A stretch of 64,000 nucleotides of DNA from Dehalococcoidia bacterium (GTDB lineage Bacteria > Chloroflexota > Dehalococcoidia > Bin125): NCBI GenBank assembly GCA_963555985.3, contig OY820591.1, positions 1,952,001-2,016,000 of the forward strand, in the 5' to 3' direction. The translations under genes were made by a program, and so were the position numbers. The stretch's first letter is position 1. Each line of letters begins with the position of its first letter. Below the pieces are notes generated by a model that made no database searches, was not told the origin of the DNA, and saw only the letters and a program-made list of their open reading frames with translations. Below, one piece after another: positions 47,576 through 57,332 of this stretch.

Positions 47576-48220
47576 CTACCGCGCCGTCTCTGACCAGACC
47601 CGAGCGAATGCGATCGTCAAGCCCTCGCAAGGCGGCTCCGCCGACAACTCCGCCGGTTCCCGATGCTCCACCACATCCTCATCCGGCCGATACACCCAGA
47701 CCGTCCGCGACTGCGGATCCACCAGCCAACCCAACTGCGCCCCGTTCCGCATCCACATATTCATCCTCCGTCGCTGACTGGCGAGCGATTGCGTCGACGA
47801 TCGCACCTCAACCACAAAATCCGGCACCACATGCGGATAAGGTCGTTCCCCCGACTGTGCCCGCGCCGCCGTCTCCGGGCTGAGCCAGCCAGCATCGGGC
47901 ATTCGAGCATTATCGTCCGGCAGGTGGAGGGTCGAGCTGGCGAACAGGGTGCGGCCGATACGCTCCGGATCCCACGCGCCGATCTGGAGCGTGATTTCTC
48001 CGCCGACGCCATCGCTGTCATAGTCTGGACCTGGTGACACAATCAACCTCCCCGCTTCGTCGCGCTCGAAGAACAACCGGTCGTTGAGTCCCGCGATCTC
48101 GCAGAGCAACTCATCCGTGAGCGCCACCGATTCCGGAAACTCAATCACCAACTCGTCCAACACCATCGGATGCTTGAAGCCAAGCGCTTCCGGCTTCACC
48201 TGCTTCTCGGCTGTGACCAT
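47576..48220 (-). CDS. Uma2-family endonuclease
   Basis: PDAGW, PDFVVEVRS, GWLVDP. Confidence 0.85.
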   Translation of the reverse strand: MVTAEKQVKPEALGFKHPMVLDELVIEFPESVALTDELLCEIAGLNDRLFFERDEAGRLIVSPGPDYDSDGVGGEITLQIGAWDPERIGRTLFASSTLHLPDDNARMPDAGWLSPETAARAQSGERPYPHVVPDFVVEVRSSTQSLASQRRRMNMWMRNGAQLGWLVDPQSRTVWVYRPDEDVVEHREPAELSAEPPCEGLTIAFARVWSETAR

Positions 48221-48314
48221 GCTCCACCTCTCAGAACCATGATAGGTACACTGCGTAGTACCTGAGTTCTATCCCCTTGCTCATAACCTACAGCTACGAC
48301 CGAGAGGAGCCGCG

Positions 48315-48833
48315 ATGACTGAACACTGCTGGATCGACACGCCCCTGGGCGCCATGTACCTCGCCATCAGCGACGGCGCCCTGCGCGAAGCCGGCTTCGT
48401 CGAGACCTGGGCCCGACCCGTCATGTCGCCCGGCGCCGACGAAGCGGCCGAGCAACTCTCCAGCGAGGCCGAGCGAATCCGCGACGCCGTCGCCGGCTAC
48501 TTCGACGGCGATGTCGAGGCCATCGACGCTATCGAGATCGCACCCGACGGCACCGACTTCCAGCGAGCCGTCTGGCAAGCCATCCGCGAGGTACCCGCCG
48601 GACAGACCGCCTCCTACCAGCAGATCGCCCAGGCTGTCGGCAAACCCGCCGCCTACCGCGCCGTCGGTACCGCCACCGGACGCAACCCCGTCGGCATCGC
48701 CGTACCCTGCCATCGGATCGTCCGCTCCGACGGCGGCCTCGGCGGCTACGGCGGCGGACTCCACCGCAAGGAATGGTTCCTCGAGCACGAACGCAAACAC
48801 CTGCCGACCAACAGGAACGGACGCGACCAATGA
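48315..48833 (+). CDS. ogt: methylated-DNA-protein-cysteine methyltransferase
   Basis: GTDFQRAVW, RAVG, PCHRIV, GGYGGG. Confidence 0.92.
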   Translation: MTEHCWIDTPLGAMYLAISDGALREAGFVETWARPVMSPGADEAAEQLSSEAERIRDAVAGYFDGDVEAIDAIEIAPDGTDFQRAVWQAIREVPAGQTASYQQIAQAVGKPAAYRAVGTATGRNPVGIAVPCHRIVRSDGGLGGYGGGLHRKEWFLEHERKHLPTNRNGRDQ

Positions 48834-49216
48834 CTTCCACCTCCGACCCCGCCATCGCCGAGGCCCTGGCCAACGACCTCGTCATCGACATCACCACCAC
48901 TGGCCGCAGCAGCGGCGAGGCCAAGCGAATCGAAATCTGGTTCCACAACGTCGACGACCGCTACTACATCACCGGACGCCCCGGCCCTCGCTCCTGGTAC
49001 GCCAACATCCTCGCCAACCCGGCAATCACCTTCCACCTCAAACAGACCACCGAAGCCGACCTCGAAGGCACAGCCCGACCCGTCACCGACCCAGCCGAGA
49101 AGCGAACCGTCTTCCTCTCCGCCAACAAGCTCAGCGACTACATCAACCAAGACAATGTCCAAGCCTGGATCGACGGCTCACCCCTGATCGAGGTCGTCTT
49201 CGACGAGCGCGATTAG
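48830..49216 (+). CDS. deazaflavin (F420)-dependent nitroreductase-like protein
   Basis: ITTTGRSSG, IWF, WYANILANP. Confidence 0.75.
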   Translation: MTSTSDPAIAEALANDLVIDITTTGRSSGEAKRIEIWFHNVDDRYYITGRPGPRSWYANILANPAITFHLKQTTEADLEGTARPVTDPAEKRTVFLSANKLSDYINQDNVQAWIDGSPLIEVVFDERD

Positions 49217-49539
49217 TGCCCCCCTTCATTGCCGACTTGACGTTCAACGCGACGACTCGCGAAGAGTTGGCCGACCATGGCCTCATCCTTGCCGATGCGT
49301 TGGACGTACTGGACGGCAATCCGAAGTTCTTCCCGGATAAGGGTAGACGCGCGCGCCGACGCCGCGGCCTCAGACAGCGTTGGATCATGATCGGCCCCGG
49401 ACCGGACGGTGCCCTACTCACCTTCATCGTGGACGATCCGGACGAACAGCATGTCGCCCATCTCGTCACCGGTTGGCGTTCGTCGCGAGCAGAGCGAACT
49501 CGCTACCATCAACCAGGAGGAAGAGGTAATCGACCATGA
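49216..49539 (+). CDS. BrnT-like toxin
   Basis: GTG start overlapping the previous stop; HGLILADA...WIMIG...VTGWRSSRAERTRY. Confidence 0.6.
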   Translation: MPPFIADLTFNATTREELADHGLILADALDVLDGNPKFFPDKGRRARRRRGLRQRWIMIGPGPDGALLTFIVDDPDEQHVAHLVTGWRSSRAERTRYHQPGGRGNRP

Positions 49540-49778
49540 CTCACGATCCACGATTCCCGCTTGAGGACTTTGAGGAAGAACCGATCGAAGTCGAGGTTGC
49601 AGAGAATCCGGGGGCGGTCATAGAGATTAGATTCAGTAAGGAAGAAGTTCGAGAACTCTGCGCCGAAGAGCAAGCAACCGACACATCGCTGATCGATCTG
49701 ATCCGCGAATACACCCTCTCGACCATTCGAGCGAAGCGGGAAGCGCGCCAAGCCAACCAAACCCAAGTCGCCGACTAA
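49536..49778 (+). CDS. putative ribbon-helix-helix antitoxin
   Basis: Overlaps the toxin stop; IEIRFSKEE...LIREY. Confidence 0.55.
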   Translation: MTHDPRFPLEDFEEEPIEVEVAENPGAVIEIRFSKEEVRELCAEEQATDTSLIDLIREYTLSTIRAKREARQANQTQVAD

Positions 49779-50584
49779 CCCATCCCCAACACCCCAACCT
49801 GCGCGAACATGAAGAACGGCGCCTCCGACTCCGCCCACGCCGACCAGCCCCGCGACAACCGCTCCAACTCCGCCTGATCCGCATACCCGTATTCCAACGC
49901 CTGATCCGCAATCCCGCTGTACAGAATCCGCTCCGCCCATGTCCGACCCCAGATCCGCGCCTCCTCGCCATCCATCGCCATCACGTTCGGATGAATCTCA
50001 ATCTCCGCGAACCCGGCCGACCGAACCCAGGCCGGCAACGTCCGACCCGCGTCAGGCTCCGCCCCGTTCCGATACGCCACCTCGTGATACAGCCGATTCC
50101 AGTCCGCGAACTCCGCGAACTTCGGATGCGGCGACATCGTCGCGTAGTCCGCATCCCGCACCGCCAGCAGACCGCCCGGCTTCAGTACCCGCCGCATCTC
50201 CCGCAGGGCCGCCACCGGATCGGTCAGATGCTGCAACAACTGATTCGCATACGCCACATCGAACTCCCGATCGCCGAACTCCAGACGATACACATCGCCA
50301 GCGACGAAGCGGACATTGCTGACCAATTCCTCAATCGCGTGCGCCCGAGCGTGCTCCAACACCCCAGGCGCCGCGTCCAGACCGACAACCTCGCCCGGCG
50401 CGACCGCCCGCGCCAGACCTGCCGTCACCGTCCCTGGACCGCAACCCGCATCCAGCAGACGCATCCCCGCCTCCAGCTTCGGCAACAGGAACCAGGCCTC
50501 CACCTCCGCCCGCCGACGCGCGTGCGACTGCACTACCGACTCGTGATGCCCGTGCGTATATCGATCCCGTTGCGTCTCAGACAT
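49775..50584 (-). CDS. class I SAM-dependent methyltransferase
   Basis: LLDAGCGPG, FDV, RVLKPGG. Confidence 0.9.
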   Translation of the reverse strand: MSETQRDRYTHGHHESVVQSHARRRAEVEAWFLLPKLEAGMRLLDAGCGPGTVTAGLARAVAPGEVVGLDAAPGVLEHARAHAIEELVSNVRFVAGDVYRLEFGDREFDVAYANQLLQHLTDPVAALREMRRVLKPGGLLAVRDADYATMSPHPKFAEFADWNRLYHEVAYRNGAEPDAGRTLPAWVRSAGFAEIEIHPNVMAMDGEEARIWGRTWAERILYSGIADQALEYGYADQAELERLSRGWSAWAESEAPFFMFAQVGVLGMG

Positions 50585-51188
50585 CCGCGAATCCGTCGAC
50601 CAGCCTCGTCAGCGTCGCAACCGCCCGCTTCGACAGCGCCAGCCGACGCGCCGCCGACTGACCGTTCGCCGACATCTTACGCCACGTCCGCCCAAGCGCC
50701 CGCCGCAACTGCCGATCATCCAGATCGTCCAGCAACGGCTCCAGTTGCGTCTCGAAGAACACCAGCGACAGCGCGTCCTCCAACGTTTGCGCCTCGGCGT
50801 CGCCCGCCTGCAACAGCTCCGCCTTCGACACCAACGCCGCCACCCGCTCCACCGACCGACGCGGATAGCCGCACTCCTCCAGAATCGCCGCCGTCAACTC
50901 CGCATGGACCGAATGTAGCGCCCGACGCCAGCGCAGATACCCCGAACGCCCAGCCGGAAACGACGAGCGCGGCACCATCCACCGACGAATGTGATGCGCC
51001 CGAGCCGCCAGCAACAGTGCTTCCGAGACCTCAGGATCAAGCGCTCGAACCCAACGAGTCATCATCTCCGCATGAGTCTGCTCTTTCGGGAGCGCTCGGC
51101 CGCCGACCTCAAGCCTGAAAGGATCGTCCGCATTAGCCGCGTCAATCGCGTCAATCGCGGCGCGGAAGCGTATCGGATCGTCAATCAC
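50577..51188 (-). CDS. DUF4202 family protein
   Basis: IDAANADDP, LAARAHHIRRW, GYLRWR, LEDALSLVF, TWRKMS. Confidence 0.8.
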   Translation of the reverse strand: MIDDPIRFRAAIDAIDAANADDPFRLEVGGRALPKEQTHAEMMTRWVRALDPEVSEALLLAARAHHIRRWMVPRSSFPAGRSGYLRWRRALHSVHAELTAAILEECGYPRRSVERVAALVSKAELLQAGDAEAQTLEDALSLVFFETQLEPLLDDLDDRQLRRALGRTWRKMSANGQSAARRLALSKRAVATLTRLVDGFADV

Positions 51189-51489
51189 AAGCCAGTCTCC
51201 GCCAAACAGCCTATTCGAGCCTCCCCTTGCGGGGGGAGACGTCACGTAGTGACAGAGGGTCCCTCGCACCAATCAAACTCCGTCATACCAGCGCTCCGCC
51301 GCGGCAATCTCGTCGCGTGAGCGACGACGGTGCGGATCATGGCGAGATACCAGTGGCCTGCGTGGGTATGACGGTCACTTAAGGCGCACAGAGATGGGTG
51401 CGCCGCCACTTCCTACTCGGATAGCGGAGCAAGCTGCGCTGCGGCCGCTGTACGGCTGCGGTGTCGGGCATCGAGTCAATCGTAGCCGC

Positions 51490-52413
51490 CTACGAACGCG
51501 CCGACCCCCACTCCGACGCAAAGCCCTCGCATACGTCCACCGCCCGCGCAAACGACACCCCCGACTTCGAGCGCATGTACCCAATCAGCCGCTCCAGCAT
51601 CTGCAACCGCCCCGGCCGCCCGATGATGTACGGGTGCATCGTCAGCGTGAACACGCCCCCGCGACGCCGTACCTCTTCAAACGCCTCCCGCCAGGCCGAT
51701 TCCACCTGCTCCGGCGCCGCCATCAACCGCCGCCCATCGGTCGGCGCGAACACGAAGTAGGGATAGTCGTCCAACGCCCAGTGAATCGGCAGCTCCACCA
51801 GGGACTCGCCCTCTCCCGCAGCGACCCAATAGGGAGCGTCCGAACCCATCAGCGAGGAGTCGTAAAGAAACCCGCGTTCGCGCATCAAACGCAGCGAGTC
51901 GGCGCTCAATTCCCACGACGGCGAGCGGTAGCCGACCGGGGCTGCGCCGACGATGCCTTCCAGGATCGTAGAGCCGCGATCTAGCACCTCTGCTTCCTGC
52001 TCCACGCTGAGGGTGGCAGGCGGTTCGTGCTGGTAGCCGTGATGCCCAATCTCGTGACCTGCCTCGGCGATCCGCTGCACCACGCGCGGGACCCGTTCCG
52101 CGACCCAGCCGGGGATATAGAACGAAGCCGGCGCGTTCTGGCGCGCCAGCAAGCTGAGTACGTGCGGCACCGCGACCGCCGGGCCGTAGTCGCCGAATGA
52201 GCGTGCGGAGGGGAGGTGTTCAATCGCCGGATTACGGTTGATCATCCCGGACGCGCCGTCTACGTCGAAGGAGAGCACGACCGTGCATTCGCCTGCGCCG
52301 TCGCCGCGCGCATCGTCCTCGGGCGACCAGAGGGCGGCTCCGCAGGCGGCGCAAACGCGCCGCCTGCCGCTCCAGCCGCAGATCAAGCAAGCAGCGTCCG
52401 GGGCCTCGGCCAC
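51490..52413 (-). CDS. polysaccharide deacetylase with N-terminal Zn ribbon
   Basis: SFDVD, HEIGHHGYQH, GYRSP, LTMHP. Confidence 0.88.
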   Translation of the reverse strand: MAEAPDAACLICGWSGRRRVCAACGAALWSPEDDARGDGAGECTVVLSFDVDGASGMINRNPAIEHLPSARSFGDYGPAVAVPHVLSLLARQNAPASFYIPGWVAERVPRVVQRIAEAGHEIGHHGYQHEPPATLSVEQEAEVLDRGSTILEGIVGAAPVGYRSPSWELSADSLRLMRERGFLYDSSLMGSDAPYWVAAGEGESLVELPIHWALDDYPYFVFAPTDGRRLMAAPEQVESAWREAFEEVRRRGGVFTLTMHPYIIGRPGRLQMLERLIGYMRSKSGVSFARAVDVCEGFASEWGSARS

Positions 52414-53456
52414 TATGAGAAGTCCGTAATCGTGACGAAGCCCATGGTCTGGAACGTCGTCATCGAGTCCACGACTGCCGGCACCTGGTCGATCGAGATG
52501 CGCTGGGTCACGATCGACTCTGGGTTCAGCTTGCCCGAGGCAACCATGTTCAGCATCGCCGGGTAGTTCTGGTTGGGCAGACCGAGCGAGCCGCGGAACT
52601 CGATCTCGGACATCGTGATCAGGTCGATTGGCAGCGCGACTTCACCCGCTTCTTCAGCTGAGGTGATGCCGATCTGGACGTGGATGCCGCCCTTGCGCAG
52701 AGAGTTGACCGAGTTCAGCATGGTCGCCTTGATCCCGAGGGCGTCGACCGAAACGTTGGCGCCGCCGTCGGTGATCTCTTTGACCCGCATCGGGACGTCG
52801 GACTCCAGCGCGTTGATCGTCTCTAGCGCACCTTCGGAGCGGGCCTTAGCGAGCTTGCCCTCTTCAAGGTCGACTGCGATCACCTGGGCGCCGAGCGCTG
52901 CGGCTACCTGGATTGCGGAAAGGCCGATGCCTCCGCAGCCGTTGACGACGACCCAATCTCCGCCCGAGACCTCGCCGCGGTCAGCGACCCCGTGGTAGCT
53001 GGTCATGAAGCGGCAACCCATCGCCGCGCCGGCTTCGAAGGACACGTTGTCGGGCAGCGGAATGGCGTTGAAGTCCGCGTTCGCGATCGTCGCCTTCTGG
53101 GCGAAGCCGCCGGCGAAGGCGGCGTTGTTGTCGCAGATGTTGGGCAGTCCGCCGCGGCAGAGCTGACAGTTGCCGCAGCCGTTGTGGAAGGGGGTCAGCA
53201 CGCGCATCCCGGGGCGGATGTGCTCAACGTCGTCGCCGACCGCTTCGACCGTGCCGGCCCACTCGTGACCAAGCACCGCCGGCATCGGAATCTCGAATCC
53301 CACCCAGGACAGGTCGCCCTGCCAGAGGTGCCAGTCGGAGCGGCAGACGCCGCAGGCCTCGACCCGAACCAGTGCATCCTTCGGCCCGACCACCGGGTCG
53401 TCGAATTCACGCACGACCAGCGGTTCGCGGACACCTTCCATCACGACGGCTTTCAT
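52413..53456 (-). CDS. zinc-dependent alcohol dehydrogenase
   Basis: CGVCRSD, GHE, CGNCQLC, GCGGIG. Confidence 0.92.
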   Translation of the reverse strand: MKAVVMEGVREPLVVREFDDPVVGPKDALVRVEACGVCRSDWHLWQGDLSWVGFEIPMPAVLGHEWAGTVEAVGDDVEHIRPGMRVLTPFHNGCGNCQLCRGGLPNICDNNAAFAGGFAQKATIANADFNAIPLPDNVSFEAGAAMGCRFMTSYHGVADRGEVSGGDWVVVNGCGGIGLSAIQVAAALGAQVIAVDLEEGKLAKARSEGALETINALESDVPMRVKEITDGGANVSVDALGIKATMLNSVNSLRKGGIHVQIGITSAEEAGEVALPIDLITMSEIEFRGSLGLPNQNYPAMLNMVASGKLNPESIVTQRISIDQVPAVVDSMTTFQTMGFVTITDFS

Positions 53457-53600
53457 GGGGCGCTCCAATCTCCTTTGCCAGAGGTTATGTACGCGCAAGC
53501 TAGCAAAATTTCCACCCTAACTCAGGCCTCTTCTCCATTTCCCTCTCCCCCTTTGCGGGGGCGAGGGAAAGAAGTGATAGAAGGGGGCGACGCGACGCGC

Positions 53601-54026
53601 TCACCCCACCAACCCGCCAACCCTCAACAAGACCGACACCTCATACGCTTGCAACCCCTCCCGATAGACGACCGCCGGCGCAGAAACAGCAAGCGGCAAA
53701 ACAACCGCGTCAGCACCCGAGCCGATTACCTCAAGCCGCGACCGCAAGAGCGCATCCATCCGCTCCTCCACCGCCCGCCGCGCCGCCAGCGCACGCTCCA
53801 ACGGCAACCGCCACACATACCGCCGCGCACGCTCCGCCTCCTGCCAGGTGTAGCGGTAGCGCCAGCGAAAGCTCCGAAGCTCGGCGTCGGCCTCAGCGAG
53901 TTCGGCCAACCCCAACTCAAAGCGTAGATACGCTCGGCTGCGCTCGAACCGGACATCCAACTCACGCTCGATCCGAAGCGCCTCTGCCGCCACGAATGCC
54001 ACCAGCGGGTCCTCGACTTGAGCCAT
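53601..54026 (-). CDS. hypothetical protein
   Basis: 141-aa ORF following the enoyl-CoA hydratase gene. Confidence 0.55.
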   Translation of the reverse strand: MAQVEDPLVAFVAAEALRIERELDVRFERSRAYLRFELGLAELAEADAELRSFRWRYRYTWQEAERARRYVWRLPLERALAARRAVEERMDALLRSRLEVIGSGADAVVLPLAVSAPAVVYREGLQAYEVSVLLRVGGLVG

Positions 54027-54043
54027 CAGTCCGCGCCCAACCC

Positions 54044-54832
54044 CTAGCGGTGGAAGACCGGATCGCGCTTCTCGAAGAAGGCGGTCATGCCCTCCTTCGC
54101 CTCCGGACGCCTAGCGGCCTCGCAGATCTCACGGGTCTCCCACTCCATCTGCGTCTCCAGTCCCTCGTTCCACGAGTTGTGGTAGAGCCGCTTGGCTGCG
54201 CCGATCGACTCGGTCGGACCCGCCGCCAACTGCGCCGCCAGCGCGTGCGCCGCGGACTGCAACTCGTCGTCGGGCACCACACGATTGATCATGCCCCAGT
54301 CCAGCGCCTCTTGAGCCGAAAGCATCCGGTTGGTCAGGCAAAGCTCAAGCGAGCGCCGCAGACCGACTAGGCGCGGCAGGAAGTAGGTCGAGGAACCGTC
54401 CGGCGTCAAACCGATCCGCGAGTAGGCCATCGTGAAGCGCGATGATTCGCCAGCGAGGGCGAGGTCGCCGATCAACGCAAGACTCATCCCCGCCCCGGCG
54501 CAAGTTCCGTTGATCGCTGTGATCAACGGGGCGTCCATGCGCGTGAAGCGCGAGGCTGCCGCGTGCAGGTAGGTCGTCATCTCCTTCACGTAGGTCGCCA
54601 TCTCCGGACCGGCCGGCGGAAAGCCCCGCAAATCCGCGCCCGTGCAGAAGAACCGCCCCGTGCCTCGAAAGACCACCGCCCGAACCTCAGGATCGTCGTC
54701 CACCCGGATCGAAGCGTCCATCAACTCCTTGCACATCTCCAGCGAGAGCGAGTTCGCCGCCTCCGGCCGGTTGATCGTGATCGTCGCCACGTGCTCGGAG
54801 AGTTCGTATCCCAGCGTGTTGTACTCCGTCAT
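54044..54832 (-). CDS. enoyl-CoA hydratase/isomerase
   Basis: NRPEAANSL, FCTGADL, GAG, GLTPDG. Confidence 0.92.
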   Translation of the reverse strand: MTEYNTLGYELSEHVATITINRPEAANSLSLEMCKELMDASIRVDDDPEVRAVVFRGTGRFFCTGADLRGFPPAGPEMATYVKEMTTYLHAAASRFTRMDAPLITAINGTCAGAGMSLALIGDLALAGESSRFTMAYSRIGLTPDGSSTYFLPRLVGLRRSLELCLTNRMLSAQEALDWGMINRVVPDDELQSAAHALAAQLAAGPTESIGAAKRLYHNSWNEGLETQMEWETREICEAARRPEAKEGMTAFFEKRDPVFHR

Positions 54833-54908
54833 CGAGCCACTCCTTCGCTACTGTTGGCTCACGCGAGCCGCATCACACGCAGGCTACCGCCAATCACGGA
54901 GGCGTCCG

Positions 54909-55637
54909 ATGTCCACTCAGATGGTCAGTATTCCGACGAGCGACGGCGATCTGTCCGCAGCCCTCGCCCTGCCCGAAGTAGCCGACGGTCCCGCCCCGGG
55001 CGTGCTCGTGCTGCACGAGATTTTTGGCCTCAACGAAGACATTCGCCGGATCGCCCAACGCTTCGCGGGCAACGGGTATGTGGCGCTTGCCCCGGATCTC
55101 TACTCCGTCGGCCCGCGCCTGCGACCGATCTGCATCCGCCGCACGATGAGCGCTCTCGGCTCGGGCAGCGGACGCGCCTTCGAAGACATCGAGGCGGCGC
55201 GAGCTTGGCTCGCCGCGCGCAACGACGTAGACGAATCGCGCCTGGCCGTCGCCGGATTTTGCCTCGGCGGCGGCTTCGCCCTCCTCCACGCCGCCCGCGC
55301 CCCGCTCGGAGCCGCCGCCAACTTCTACGGTCGAGTGCCCCGCGACTCCGGCGAGCTGGATGGCATCTGCCCCGTGGTCGCCGGCTACGGCGAGCGCGAT
55401 CGCATGTACGCCGCTCAGCCCGACAGATTGCGCGGACATCTGGAGCAGCTCGGCGTCGAGCATGAAGTCACCGTCTACTCCGACGCCGGCCACTCGTTCA
55501 TGAACCAGTCCGGCGGCCTGCGCGGGTTCCTGCTCCGGCACTCGCGCATGTCGGTCGGCTATCACCACCAGTCGGCTGAAGCGGCCTGGACCGCAATGTT
55601 CGATTTCTTTGAACGTCACTTGGGCGCTGAATCCTGA
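54909..55637 (+). CDS. dienelactone hydrolase family protein
   Basis: HEIFG, GFCLGG, GHSF. Confidence 0.9.
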   Translation: MSTQMVSIPTSDGDLSAALALPEVADGPAPGVLVLHEIFGLNEDIRRIAQRFAGNGYVALAPDLYSVGPRLRPICIRRTMSALGSGSGRAFEDIEAARAWLAARNDVDESRLAVAGFCLGGGFALLHAARAPLGAAANFYGRVPRDSGELDGICPVVAGYGERDRMYAAQPDRLRGHLEQLGVEHEVTVYSDAGHSFMNQSGGLRGFLLRHSRMSVGYHHQSAEAAWTAMFDFFERHLGAES

Positions 55638-55718
55638 GTCAGTACCCCCGACCGCTTTCGAGGCGCGTATCGTCAGCGCAGGAGTGGCCGCCTGGCCGCG
55701 TCTGCGAGAGGAAGCCTC

Positions 55719-56588
55719 ATGCTCCGCATTCACCCGTTCAGATTCGTTGGCCTTGCGCTCATCGCCGCCGCCGTTTCACTCTTGGCAGTGCTGGCGCTCC
55801 ACAGTCCGGCCGCGGCTGGGTCACCGAACCTGGTTGAGATCAGCGTCGGTGTCAACCCCTCCGATCCCGAACCCAGCCCTTCTGATCTCGAACCCACCAC
55901 TCTGACGATCGAGGGCGCGGCCTCCCGCAGCGTGAGCTATGACGGTACGATTGCGCGGTTCACGATCAGCGTCCTGCGTCCGACTGTGCTGGAGGCAGTA
56001 TCGGCGGGCAATCGGGCCGCCACAGCGATCGCTGACTCCGTGGTTGAGCATTGCACCACAGATGAGCCGGAAGACGCCGATCACACCACCGCCCCAACCT
56101 GCATCTCTCCCAACGGCTTGCAGACCACCGGAATCAGCATCCGCGAGGAGTTCGACTGGACCGAACAGGGCCGTGTGTCGCAGGGCTTCCGCTACGAGAA
56201 CGGACTCAGCATCGCTATTCGCGGCACCGGCTTCGCGGGCGGGCTGGTCGACCTCGTGATCACAGCCGGTGGCGACCTGGTGCGCTTCGACGGACTCGGT
56301 TTCACCACCTCACGCCGCGCCGAGATCGAGCGCCTCGCCTTACTCGACGCCATCGACGACGCCCAAGCGACCGCCGACTCAATCGCCGATCACATGGGCT
56401 ACGAGATCGTCCGCATCGTCGAACTCACCCCGATCAGCGCGCCAACTCCTTACCCGGCCGCCGAAGAAGCCAGAGCCCTCGCCGCCGATGACGCTGGCTT
56501 CGCCCCTACCCCCGTCTTCGGCGGCAGCGAGTCGATCACCTCACGAGTGCGCATGGTCTTCGAACTCCGCCCCGCGCCAGCGGACTGA
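55719..56588 (+). CDS. SIMPL (DUF541) domain protein
   Basis: Signal peptide; AIDDAQATA, final beta strand VRMVFEL. Confidence 0.75.
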   Translation: MLRIHPFRFVGLALIAAAVSLLAVLALHSPAAAGSPNLVEISVGVNPSDPEPSPSDLEPTTLTIEGAASRSVSYDGTIARFTISVLRPTVLEAVSAGNRAATAIADSVVEHCTTDEPEDADHTTAPTCISPNGLQTTGISIREEFDWTEQGRVSQGFRYENGLSIAIRGTGFAGGLVDLVITAGGDLVRFDGLGFTTSRRAEIERLALLDAIDDAQATADSIADHMGYEIVRIVELTPISAPTPYPAAEEARALAADDAGFAPTPVFGGSESITSRVRMVFELRPAPAD

Positions 56589-56597
56589 ACGGCGCAG

Positions 56598-57296
56598 CTA
56601 GCATCGGTCGTCGGCGCCGGCCTCCAGGTCGCGCGCCGACTCCAGTTCCCAGACGTACTCGAAACTGACAGTCAGCCCAGGACAGACAGGCTCCGCCGAC
56701 AACGCCTCCGGCCGCTCCACGACCTCAACCGTCCCATCGGCGCGATAGACATAGACGGCTTCCCACTCGGGCACGACCAGCCAGCCCAACTCCGTGCCTC
56801 CCGCAATCCAGGCTGCCATCTTGTGCTGTTGACTGGCCACGCTGTCGCTGCCCGAACGCACCTCGATCACAAAGTTCGGGCACGTCGGCAGGTAGGTCTG
56901 TGCTCGTTCTTCGTCCGACAGGGAGGCGAACCGCTGAGGGCTGGTCCAGGCGGCGTCCGGGGCGGCGGTGTGGCCGTCGCCGCGCTCGTATCCGCCGCTC
57001 GAGCCGGTGGTCACGCCGCCAACCCCGCCACGGACCCACGTCATCAACTGGTAACCCAACTCCAGGCTGATCTCGTCGGCGCCATATCCGGCAGGCGCCA
57101 TGATGATGAGCTCTCCGTTGGCGGTGCGCTCGAATTGCCATGGTTTGTTCAATCGGCTGATCTGCTCGAGCAGCCTGTCGGTCAACGGTGTGTCATCGGG
57201 AAAACGCAGCAGAACGGGAAGTTCCAGTGCCGAGCGGCGGACATCCTCCAACAGCGTCGACGGCTCAACGATGGGTCTGGCCGGTGTCGACACCAT
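56598..57296 (-). CDS. Uma2-family endonuclease
   Basis: ERTANGELII, APDAAW, PNFVIEVRS, GWLV. Confidence 0.85.
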   Translation of the reverse strand: MVSTPARPIVEPSTLLEDVRRSALELPVLLRFPDDTPLTDRLLEQISRLNKPWQFERTANGELIIMAPAGYGADEISLELGYQLMTWVRGGVGGVTTGSSGGYERGDGHTAAPDAAWTSPQRFASLSDEERAQTYLPTCPNFVIEVRSGSDSVASQQHKMAAWIAGGTELGWLVVPEWEAVYVYRADGTVEVVERPEALSAEPVCPGLTVSFEYVWELESARDLEAGADDRC

Positions 57297-57332
57297 GGCA
57301 ATGCCCCCTCGCGGCGATGCCTCAGCCCGCAG

